Positions 56,037 through 63,918 of a stretch of 64,000 bases of DNA are shown piece after piece. A program made the position numbers and the translations under genes. Numbering within the stretch: position 1 is the first letter of the stretch; each line of letters starts with the position of its first letter. Source of the DNA: Oscillospiraceae bacterium (GTDB taxonomy: Bacteria; Bacillota; Clostridia; Oscillospirales; Oscillospiraceae); assembly GCA_045628925.1 (NCBI GenBank), contig JAZQQF010000197.1, positions 758 to 64,757 on the forward strand, read 5' to 3'. The notes beneath the pieces were generated by a model. That model was not told the origin of the DNA and did not search any database. It saw only the letters and a program-made list of their open reading frames with translations.

Positions 56037-57686
56037 ATGAAAACAAAGAAGATCAACGGAACACATTTTGAAAAGATGCTCCAGAACGGGCTTGCCAATC
56101 TGTGCAGGTTCGAGGAGGAGCTGAACAGCCTGAACGTCTTTCCGGTAGCGGACGGGGATACTGGCTCGAATATGCGGGCAACGCTGGCGTATGGCCTTCG
56201 GGAGGCGGCCAGCGCACCCGCGGCGGGCGCCTATCTGAAATCGCTGTCGGAGGCGATGCTTTTCGGCGCGCACGGGAATTCCGGCGTCATTCTGTCGCAG
56301 CTGTTCAGAGGGATCTATCTGGCGCTTTCCAGATGCGGCAATGTAAACCCGGGGGAATTGCGCAATGCCTTTATCATGGGGTATAAAACAGCGTATTCTG
56401 CGGTCGTTCGCCCGGTGGAGGGCACGATCCTCACGGTCGCGCGGGAAGGCATCGAGAATATCCGGAATCAGATCGACCGCGGTTCGACATTTGAGGATCT
56501 GCTCAGTATGTATGTCGCGGAAATGCGGAAAAGCCTTGCGCGTACACCGGATATCCTCCCGCAGCTGAAGGATGCGGGCGTGGTCGACAGCGGCGCTCTT
56601 GGCTATATTATCCTTGTGGAAGGAATGCTGGGCTATCTGTTCGGCGATATCATCCCATCCGATGAGATACCGAAGAAGGAGAAACTGATGCCGGAAACCA
56701 CCCCGGGTGAGGCGCTTTTCAACGAGTACAGTATGTTTGAAGACGGCTATTGCGTGGAATTTGTTCTTCAGCTCATGAAAAGCGGTCAGTATTCACAGCA
56801 CTTTTCCCTGAGCCGGTATATTGCGGATCTGAAGGATTTCGGCAATTCGATCGTCGCGGTGCAGAGCGACAGCCGAGTGAAGGTGCATATCCACACATTC
56901 AAGCCGGGAAAGATCCTGTGGCTGAGTCAGGAATACGGAGAATTCGTTTCCTGCAAGGTGGAAAATATGCAGATCCAGCATAATGCCACGATCCCGGAAG
57001 CGGAAGCCGCAAAAGAGCGGAAGGCCTTTTCGGTCATCTCGGTCTGTGATTGTGCGGCAACGCAGGAACTGTTCAGCGACCTTGGCAGCTCCTCCGTGAT
57101 CTGCGGCGGCAGCAAAATGGATGTTTCCGTTCAGGACTTTATCAATGCGCTGAATACAGAGAATGCGCAGACCACCGTGATCCTGCCAGACAATCCGAAT
57201 CTGCTCCACGTTGCGAAACAGGCAAAGGAGCTTTTCCGGGAAGGCGACGTCGTGATCCTGGAAACGAAGACGATCCCGGAAGGGTATTGCGCGCTGGCCA
57301 TGAGCAATCCGGACGAAACGGATATCGACCGGCGCATTCGGCAGATGCAGTCCGGATTCGAGGGGATCCATACGCTTTCGGCGGCGATCGCCAGCAGGGC
57401 GTATCATACCGATCAGGTGGAGTGCCTGCCGGGAATGCGGATCGCTGTTCTGGACGGCGAAGTCGTCAGCGCCGGGGACGAGGATGTTCAGGTGTTATGC
57501 GAGGGACTGAAACAGATACCGGACATCCGTGAGAAAGAGTCCTGCATCATTTTCCGCGGGGAAAACAGTTCCGAAGCAATGGAGCCGCTCCTGGAGGAAC
57601 GGATCCGCAGCCTTTTCCCGGATCTGGAGATCAGTTTCCTGTATTGCGGCTCGCAGCTGTATCTGTGGTCTGCAGCGATTTCGTAA
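56037..57686 (+). CDS. DAK2 domain fusion protein (second YloV/FakA-like copy)
   Basis: LNVFPVADGDTGSNM Dak2 signature. ~550 aa and collinear with the copy at 7968-9626. ATG at 56037 with GAGG upstream; the TTG at 56025 overlaps the MFS stop. Confidence 0.9.
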   Translation: MKTKKINGTHFEKMLQNGLANLCRFEEELNSLNVFPVADGDTGSNMRATLAYGLREAASAPAAGAYLKSLSEAMLFGAHGNSGVILSQLFRGIYLALSRCGNVNPGELRNAFIMGYKTAYSAVVRPVEGTILTVAREGIENIRNQIDRGSTFEDLLSMYVAEMRKSLARTPDILPQLKDAGVVDSGALGYIILVEGMLGYLFGDIIPSDEIPKKEKLMPETTPGEALFNEYSMFEDGYCVEFVLQLMKSGQYSQHFSLSRYIADLKDFGNSIVAVQSDSRVKVHIHTFKPGKILWLSQEYGEFVSCKVENMQIQHNATIPEAEAAKERKAFSVISVCDCAATQELFSDLGSSSVICGGSKMDVSVQDFINALNTENAQTTVILPDNPNLLHVAKQAKELFREGDVVILETKTIPEGYCALAMSNPDETDIDRRIRQMQSGFEGIHTLSAAIASRAYHTDQVECLPGMRIAVLDGEVVSAGDEDVQVLCEGLKQIPDIREKESCIIFRGENSSEAMEPLLEERIRSLFPDLEISFLYCGSQLYLWSAAIS

Positions 57687-57697
57687 AGGTAGAAAAA

Positions 57698-58645
57698 ATG
57701 AGCATCGAAGGTCTTGTGATAACCATTGTACTATCGGCACTCGTTCTGCTTTTTCTCGCACCGACGATCCTCCTTTCCTACGTTCTGTACCGGATCATCC
57801 TTGTCAGGACCGGTCCGGGAAAGTGGAGCAGGGAATGCAGTATGCCGGACGACGCGGAAAGCAGACAGATGTTCGATATCGGGCTCGAATGGGCGCAGAA
57901 ACATTCCGAATGCAGATCCGGTGTGTCGATCAGCAATGATGGGTTCCGTCTGGAAGGGGAGTACTTCGATTTCGGTTTCGAGAAAGCGGTCATCATCATT
58001 CCGGGCAGAACGGAGTCCTGCCTGTATTCCTATTATTTCGCGGAACCGTTTCTGACCGAGGGCTATAATGTGCTCGTGATCGACAACCGCTCGCATGGAC
58101 TGTCGGAGGGGCGGCGCAGCTCGCTGGGCTTTAAGGAGTACCGGGATATCCTCGCATGGGGCAGGTTCCTGCACAGCGAGAAAGGCGTAACGTCCGTTGT
58201 CCTGCATGGGATCTGCATCGGCGCTTCCACCGCGCTCTTTGCGCTGACCTCCGCGGACTGCCCGTCTTATTTTCGCGGCATGATCGCTGAGGGAATGTAT
58301 ACGACCTTTGCCGAATCCTTCAAAAATCATATGATCGTGGACAAAAGACCGATCTTCCCGTTTTTCATGGCGACAATGCTTCAGATCAGACTGCTGTCCG
58401 GGGCGAACGTTGTATCCGATGGGCCGATCAAACGGATCGATCAGCTGCAGAAGCCGATCCTGTTTTTGCACAGCCGGGAGGATCTGTTCTCCCTTCCGGA
58501 GAAGGCGCAGATCCTGTTCGACAAATGTACATCCCGAAAAACACTGGTCTGGTTTGACAAAGGTGCGCATTCGCGCATCCGCATCAACAATACGGAAGCA
58601 TATGACAATGCGATCTCCTGTTTCCTTCGCAGCGATATCCATTAA
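57698..58645 (+). CDS. membrane-anchored alpha/beta hydrolase 2 (Cys in the nucleophile elbow)
   Basis: N-terminal TM segment (LVITIVLSALVLLFLAPTILLSYVLY). The elbow reads HGICIGAS (G-x-C-x-G). Acid HSREDLF and His GAHSR. Confidence 0.75.
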   Translation: MSIEGLVITIVLSALVLLFLAPTILLSYVLYRIILVRTGPGKWSRECSMPDDAESRQMFDIGLEWAQKHSECRSGVSISNDGFRLEGEYFDFGFEKAVIIIPGRTESCLYSYYFAEPFLTEGYNVLVIDNRSHGLSEGRRSSLGFKEYRDILAWGRFLHSEKGVTSVVLHGICIGASTALFALTSADCPSYFRGMIAEGMYTTFAESFKNHMIVDKRPIFPFFMATMLQIRLLSGANVVSDGPIKRIDQLQKPILFLHSREDLFSLPEKAQILFDKCTSRKTLVWFDKGAHSRIRINNTEAYDNAISCFLRSDIH

Positions 58646-58671
58646 ACCGGTTCAGAAAGGAGGCGCAGTCT

Positions 58672-58917
58672 ATGGAACCGAATCTTCAAAATGAGTATAA
58701 ACCGTTGAGTCCATGGGCATATTGGGGGCTTTCGATCCTTTACACGATCCCGATCGTCGGGTTTATTTTCATGATCGTTTTTTCGATCAGCAAAGCGAAC
58801 ATCAATCGCAGAAACTTTACACGATCTTATTGGTGCTGGTATATTCTAGTCGGAATCGCGGTGCTCATCCTGGCAGTGACCGGCGTTCTGGGAGACCTCA
58901 TATACTATATGTTCTAA
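58672..58917 (+). CDS. small two-TM membrane protein
   Basis: 81 aa. AAAGGAGG RBS. Two hydrophobic helices flank a basic loop (KANINRRNFTR). Confidence 0.55.
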   Translation: MEPNLQNEYKPLSPWAYWGLSILYTIPIVGFIFMIVFSISKANINRRNFTRSYWCWYILVGIAVLILAVTGVLGDLIYYMF

Positions 58918-58938
58918 TGTGTTGTGGGAGGAGACATT

Positions 58939-59316
58939 ATGTTCTGCAAAAACTGTGGAAGCAATGTGGCAGATGGAACGAAATACTGCCCGAGCTGCGG
59001 CACTGCGATGACGGCAGGCCCGTCTCAATATCAGTTCAGCCCCGCTCCGGCGCCGCAAGCCGCTGCCGGAAACCCGGTCCCCGTGCTTGTGTGGGGTATT
59101 ATCGGACTGGCTTTCGCCTGCACGTTCTATCTCAGCATTCTCGGCATCATTTTTTCGGCCGTTGGCAAGAAGAAAGCAAGGGAATACACGGCCGTGTACG
59201 GAACGGCATCTAATCAGGCGCGCATCGGAGGGAAACTTGCGAACGCAGGCATGATCGTCGGCATTATTCTCGCGATTCTGAGCCTGTTCGTTCTGGTCGT
59301 TTTGCTGGCAAGCTGA
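58939..59316 (+). CDS. zinc-ribbon membrane protein
   Basis: ATG at 58939 with GGGAGGAG upstream. MFCKNCGSNVADGTKYCPSCG ribbon, a Pro-rich linker and two TM helices. Confidence 0.6.
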   Translation: MFCKNCGSNVADGTKYCPSCGTAMTAGPSQYQFSPAPAPQAAAGNPVPVLVWGIIGLAFACTFYLSILGIIFSAVGKKKAREYTAVYGTASNQARIGGKLANAGMIVGIILAILSLFVLVVLLAS

Positions 59317-59359
59317 TCGGCAGCAGCCGGTCGATCGAATCTGATTCGGTTTGAGAATG

Positions 59360-59395
59360 AAGTCAGGGAGAGCAATGCGCTTTCCCTGACTTTCT
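59360..59395 (+). terminator. internal terminator-like hairpin within the cluster
   Basis: aagtcaggga / tccctgactt 10-bp stem with a 13-nt loop, followed by tct. Confidence 0.4.
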
Positions 59396-59445
59396 CCGTA
59401 ATGTTTATTTCTGCACTTTTTGGAAAGAATCGGAAGGTGGGCAAT

Positions 59446-60522
59446 ATGACGCACAAGAACAGAAAACAATCACGCGCTTTGACAGCAAAAAGGGTGTTTT
59501 GTATCGTATTGGCGGTTATGGTCGCACTGTCCCTTCTTTCGATGATGGCGTCGGTGATCGTGTTCCGAGCCGTTTTTCAGCGCAGAGACGGGGGACCGTA
59601 TGAACTGAAAATGGCATATTCCGACAGCGACGCGGCAAAGCATCCCCGACAGAGCGTCGAATTCCGCTCCGGGGATCGTACGCTCAGAGGCAATATCTAC
59701 GGAATGGATAACCATTCCGGGATCATTATTCTGGTCAACGGGTTTCACGCAACGACGGACAACCACCTGGCGGAAGCGTTCTTCTTCGCGGATGCGGGAT
59801 GGACCGTGTTCACGTTTGACGGGACCGGCACGGGGAGAAGCGACGGAACGAGCGTGATCGGACTGGAGCAATCGGGAAAAGACGTGCGGGCAGCGATCGA
59901 TTATATTTCGGGCGATGCGCAATTATCGGACAGGCCGATCTTCCTGTACGGACACAGCGCCGGGGGATACGCCGTCTCGACCCTGTGCGACGACGACAGA
60001 GTCCGCGCAACGGTATGTATTTCCGGTTTCAATTCTCCCTGCGAGATCATGGAACACTTCAGCAGGAAGTATGTCGGCTTTTTGGCTGAAGTGAGCTATC
60101 CCTTCCTGCTTGCTTACGACAAGCTGCTGTTCGGGGCGTCCGGGAACGTATCGGCCCGGGAGCATATCCTCAGCGCCGACCGGCCGGTCCTGATCGTTCA
60201 GGGAACGGATGACGAGATCGTGCCGCTGGAACTCAGCATCTATACTGCCTGCAGATCGGACCGCAGCAGCAACATTGAGCTTGCGCTGATCAGCGACGAG
60301 TATCGGAACCGGCATTCGACGATCTGGCTCACGGCGGATGCGGCCAAAGAGCTTGCACAGCTTCAGAGCCATGTGGAAAGCATCGAAACGGACGGCATTT
60401 CCGAAGAAGAGGAAGAACAGCTGGCAGAGAACGCTGCGCTGTCAGATGAGATATTCAGACGGGTCGATACCGAATTTCTGGAATATGTTTCCGCATTTTT
60501 CACGCGGGCGCTGACTCGCTGA
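59446..60522 (+). CDS. membrane-anchored alpha/beta hydrolase 3
   Basis: ATG at 59446. TM segment VFCIVLAVMVALSLLSMMASVIVF, elbow GHSAGG, acid QGTDDEIV and His NRHST. Acidic C-terminal tail. Confidence 0.8.
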   Translation: MTHKNRKQSRALTAKRVFCIVLAVMVALSLLSMMASVIVFRAVFQRRDGGPYELKMAYSDSDAAKHPRQSVEFRSGDRTLRGNIYGMDNHSGIIILVNGFHATTDNHLAEAFFFADAGWTVFTFDGTGTGRSDGTSVIGLEQSGKDVRAAIDYISGDAQLSDRPIFLYGHSAGGYAVSTLCDDDRVRATVCISGFNSPCEIMEHFSRKYVGFLAEVSYPFLLAYDKLLFGASGNVSAREHILSADRPVLIVQGTDDEIVPLELSIYTACRSDRSSNIELALISDEYRNRHSTIWLTADAAKELAQLQSHVESIETDGISEEEEEQLAENAALSDEIFRRVDTEFLEYVSAFFTRALTR

Positions 60523-60555
60523 TGCACGGGAAACCGCACGCGGAAAAGCATGGAA

Positions 60556-60641
60556 AGACCCGGAATACCTGAAAAAACAGGTGCTCCGGGTCTTGCGTTC
60601 CGAGAGAAGAGGCGGGGGCGGGAAAAGCCCCTGCCTCTTCT
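60556..60641 (+). terminator. two consecutive hairpins ending the cluster
   Basis: Hairpin 1 is agacccgga..acctg/caggt..tccgggtct (60556-60593). Hairpin 2 is agaagaggcgggg/cccctgcctcttct (60605-60641). Neither has a strong U-tract. Confidence 0.4.
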
Positions 60642-60775
60642 ATATCTGTCGCTGCCGCTGACAGGAAAAACTTCCGGTAACCTTTTCCGGAAATGCGCCG
60701 TATTTACGACAGACCGGTATCAGCGGGAAATCCGTATTGCATAACAGAGCCTGTAAACGAATTTGCGCATAAAGA

Positions 60776-60805
60776 TTGACATTACCCCCGCGTTTCATGT
60801 ATACT
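60776..60805 (+). promoter_or_regulatory. promoter candidate (TTGACA-18-TATACT)
   Basis: ttgaca at 60776-60781 and tatact at 60800-60805, ~150 nt upstream of the ATG at 60955. Confidence 0.45.
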
Positions 60806-60954
60806 TACCTGATACTGGCAATTCGGTGATCTGCCCTTCGTTCTGAGGCTCGCTTTTCCGAAGGATAAACAGCTCTGTCAGTGCTTTTTCGATCATTTTC
60901 TGACCGGACACGTGTTTCGAGTACGGTCAGGTCATACAGGAGGAGAACAGAAAA

Positions 60955-62838
60955 ATGCCCAAACCCCCAGAAGAACTGGAAGCGGATCTGAAAACGCTGC
61001 ACAGCCAGTATAAAGATCTGGACGACCATCTGAAGCGGATCCACAAATACTATGATTTTGCTCAGAAAAACTCGAGTCAGTTCACGTATCAGCAGAAAGC
61101 GGCTTTTCAGGCCAAAGCATCCGCCGAGGCGGCGGCGATCCTGAAGCAATACGGAAACGAGTTTTCCGATTCGCTGGAACGGTTTTTCGCCGGTCCCGAA
61201 GCAGACGATGATGAAAGCGTTCAGAAGTGGATCACCCAGAACTATGTCGCCGCAAGACTGTTTACCAGTTCGGAATTTCTGAGTGCCTGTCCCTTCCTGG
61301 AAACTGATCGGGTCGAACGTCAGATGCACGGCGCGGCGCGAATGGTCAGACTGTACTTTGAAAAGCACAGACCGGACCTGATCTGCTGGGGGAACAACAC
61401 GCCCGAAGAGATCAGCGATACCGACTATCGGAAATGGATGCCGGACAACCGCAAAGACCTGCAGACGGATTATGAGACGTTCCGTGAAGCCGATGCCGAG
61501 CCGTTTAACGTACTGAGAGCCAGATTGAGCGAGTATGCGCCCGCTGTGGCCGCCAATGCCCCGTCCGCCCCGGCGGCGACCGTTTCGGAGCAGGCTGCGG
61601 CGAAACCCGCGAAGCGGGATCCTTACAGAGAGGACAAGGCCCGGCTGGATGCTTTCGCAGCAAAACTGGAAAAGGCCCAGACGACCTTCGGCAACTCTGA
61701 CCAATACAAGCAGATCTTCAACACGATCAAGCTGCTGAACAGGACGGAGTATCCGCAGCTTCCCGGTTACCCGAAGCAGAATGAGATGAGCCCGGAAAAG
61801 AACCACGCGATGAAGCTGTTTGCGATCAGGAACATGATCAACGCCTATCTGACCCATAAGGGGAAAGACGGCGTAAAGCCGAACGTATATTCCAAGCTGG
61901 CTGCGGTGGAAGAGCTGAATCAGTTCGTCTGCTCCAGAATTCAGGAGCTGGATCTCGAGCCTTTCGATTTCGGCAAAGGGCACTTCGACCGTGCCGACGC
62001 TCCCGTCACCTATCTGGATGAAGCACTGAAGCAGCCGAAGCATGAATTCCTGGATTATTCGGAGGAGGAAGTCCGGAGCAGGTTCCCCGGAACGGACAAA
62101 GACCCCGCGATCGCGGAGAAGCGGAGCGAATACCGGAACGCGATGGACTGCATGGGGCGCATCATCCTGAACGCAGAGCAGAACGGCCGAAGCGAAGCAC
62201 GGATCGGTGACCTGAAAAATATGCATCAGGCATTCCGGAATGCCCCGGGCGCGAATTCCGGCCCGGCAGCCCCCGAAAACAGCAGGCTGGCACAAAACGC
62301 ACTGAAGGCCATGCAGAAAAGGGATCAGATGCTGGTCATCCATAACAAGCAGATCGTTGAAGCGACCGAAAGGATCGAGCCGGAATATCGGTACTCGAAA
62401 CAGGACGCGACGTATTATCGGTTCGTCAGAAATTACGTGTCGCTTTCCGGAGACGATAAGCATTATTACGACGACTGGCTGAAAACGGGGCACAAAGCTA
62501 TCATGAGAGCAAATGACATGGAATTGACTAACCGCGGGGATCACTTTACCTTAGATAACTTCTTCAGCGCGTGCAGATTTGCTGCAGAGCATTACATCGC
62601 GGCACATATGGATGACTTTACCAAGCTGGCAGATAAGAAACTGACGGACAGTCAGCTGATCGACCAGTGGCCGGAGCTGAGCGTGAAGCTCGGCTGCTTC
62701 AAGGGCGCATTCAGTAAAGAGTATGACACGAAACCGGAAATCCGGAAGATCATTGACAGGTATGACCAGATGGAAGCGCGAATGAATGAGCTCGCCGCGC
62801 CTGCGCGCAAAAAGGAAAGCTCTCAGCGCAGCCTGTGA
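60955..62838 (+). CDS. orphan 627-aa soluble helical protein
   Basis: AGGAGGAG RBS. Lys/Glu/Asp-rich protein-like composition. No signal peptide, TM segment or motif recognised. Own promoter and terminator. Confidence 0.7.
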   Translation: MPKPPEELEADLKTLHSQYKDLDDHLKRIHKYYDFAQKNSSQFTYQQKAAFQAKASAEAAAILKQYGNEFSDSLERFFAGPEADDDESVQKWITQNYVAARLFTSSEFLSACPFLETDRVERQMHGAARMVRLYFEKHRPDLICWGNNTPEEISDTDYRKWMPDNRKDLQTDYETFREADAEPFNVLRARLSEYAPAVAANAPSAPAATVSEQAAAKPAKRDPYREDKARLDAFAAKLEKAQTTFGNSDQYKQIFNTIKLLNRTEYPQLPGYPKQNEMSPEKNHAMKLFAIRNMINAYLTHKGKDGVKPNVYSKLAAVEELNQFVCSRIQELDLEPFDFGKGHFDRADAPVTYLDEALKQPKHEFLDYSEEEVRSRFPGTDKDPAIAEKRSEYRNAMDCMGRIILNAEQNGRSEARIGDLKNMHQAFRNAPGANSGPAAPENSRLAQNALKAMQKRDQMLVIHNKQIVEATERIEPEYRYSKQDATYYRFVRNYVSLSGDDKHYYDDWLKTGHKAIMRANDMELTNRGDHFTLDNFFSACRFAAEHYIAAHMDDFTKLADKKLTDSQLIDQWPELSVKLGCFKGAFSKEYDTKPEIRKIIDRYDQMEARMNELAAPARKKESSQRSL

Positions 62839-62897
62839 TATTCAGCCCACCGTATTTCAAAGCGCGAAACGCCTTCGCGGAAACCGCTCTAATAGTC

Positions 62898-62933
62898 AAA
62901 AGGGCACCGACTGACAACAGCCGGTGCCTTTTG
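62898..62933. terminator. bidirectional terminator hairpin
   Basis: ggcaccg / cggtgcc stem flanked by aaaa on the left and tttt on the right. Confidence 0.5.
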
Positions 62934-62977
62934 CATTGGTGCATTGAGAACGGAGAAGCCCCGCGGCCGTTGATCGA

Positions 62978-63229
62978 TCATTCGATCACTTCCCCGTGAA
63001 TATGTACCCGGCATTCATCCGGACACATCGCGTCAAAGCACTTTGCCCGCACGGTTCCGTGATCAAGCGCTGCTCCGTTTTTTAAAGCATATACGGATGG
63101 ATAGATCGCATTCCATAATTCATGGCAAATCGGCGGACAAAGGTCGTCAACGATAAAGGTGTCTCCCGTTTTCAGATAACCGCCTCTGCATCTGCTTTCG
63201 GTTACCGTTAATCTGACTTTATGCATCAT
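62978..63229 (-). CDS. TIGR04076-family small Cys-rich protein
   Basis: The pattern V....S.C.GGY..GD.F.......PP.C...W..I.P in MHKVRLTVTESRCRGGYLKTGDTFIVDDLCPPICHELWNAIYP matches what I remember of this family. Start at 63229 with GAGG upstream. Confidence 0.7.
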   Translation of the reverse strand: MMHKVRLTVTESRCRGGYLKTGDTFIVDDLCPPICHELWNAIYPSVYALKNGAALDHGTVRAKCFDAMCPDECRVHIHGEVIE

Positions 63230-63387
63230 TTTTACCTCTATGATCATCGTTTTTTGTCAGGCGTTGATCTCAACATCATCGGCAGGACATATCGCGCTCC
63301 TCTATCATACGAATCTTTCCGCGATAGCTTCCGCTCCGAGCTTCGTGTTTTTCCCGGTGACAGCATCGCAATGCCGCCAATGCTCCA

Positions 63388-63918
63388 TCAGCTTTGCCGC
63401 AGGCGCTTCTCGATCAGCACCAGATTTACGCCTTCCAGGCCGTTGAAAACACAGGGAACGATGCCGATCTCCTTGTAGCCCATGCTCCTGTAGAGTCGGC
63501 GTGCAGCGGCGTTGAGCTCATTCGTATCGATCCGCAGATAAGGGCAGCCGTTTTCAAGCGCATAGTGTTCGTAGAACCGAACGAAGCGCTTCCCGTAACC
63601 CCGGCCCTGCATCTCAGGATCAATGACCAGCGTATGCATCACCATCACTTCGGACGGTTCAGCTTTATACTTCCAGTTCCCTTCGGAATATACGTCGACC
63701 TGTATTCTGTTCAGGATCCCTGCCCCGACGATCCGGCCGTCTTCCTCGATCACGAACAGGTCATCCCTGTGCAGTGCTGCCAGCGCGGTATCCCGTTCCG
63801 GATAGACGCCCCGCTTCCAGCCGATCGTGGCTTCACCGTTTTCTTCCGCAGTGTGGATCTTCGCATAAATGGCCGCCACTGCGTCAATATCCCGCTCCGT
63901 GCCTTTTCTGATCATCAT
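63388..63918 (-). CDS. GNAT family N-acetyltransferase
   Basis: 176 aa. Acetyl-CoA binding motif A: LVIDPEMQGRGYGKRFV. C-terminus AARRLYRSMGYKE. Confidence 0.85.
   Translation of the reverse strand: MMIRKGTERDIDAVAAIYAKIHTAEENGEATIGWKRGVYPERDTALAALHRDDLFVIEEDGRIVGAGILNRIQVDVYSEGNWKYKAEPSEVMVMHTLVIDPEMQGRGYGKRFVRFYEHYALENGCPYLRIDTNELNAAARRLYRSMGYKEIGIVPCVFNGLEGVNLVLIEKRLRQS

Noticed and set aside
60550-60744. 64-aa + strand ORF in the intergenic region after the lipid cluster
   Set aside because: It spans the two terminator-like hairpins, has no RBS, and its Arg/Pro/Gly-rich translation looks non-coding.
60805-62544. 579-aa minus-strand ORF opposite the 627-aa orphan gene
   Set aside because: It has no RBS or promoter. 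Its translation is Arg/Leu/Val/Phe/Pro-rich, whereas the + strand product has balanced, charged composition and good initiation signals.
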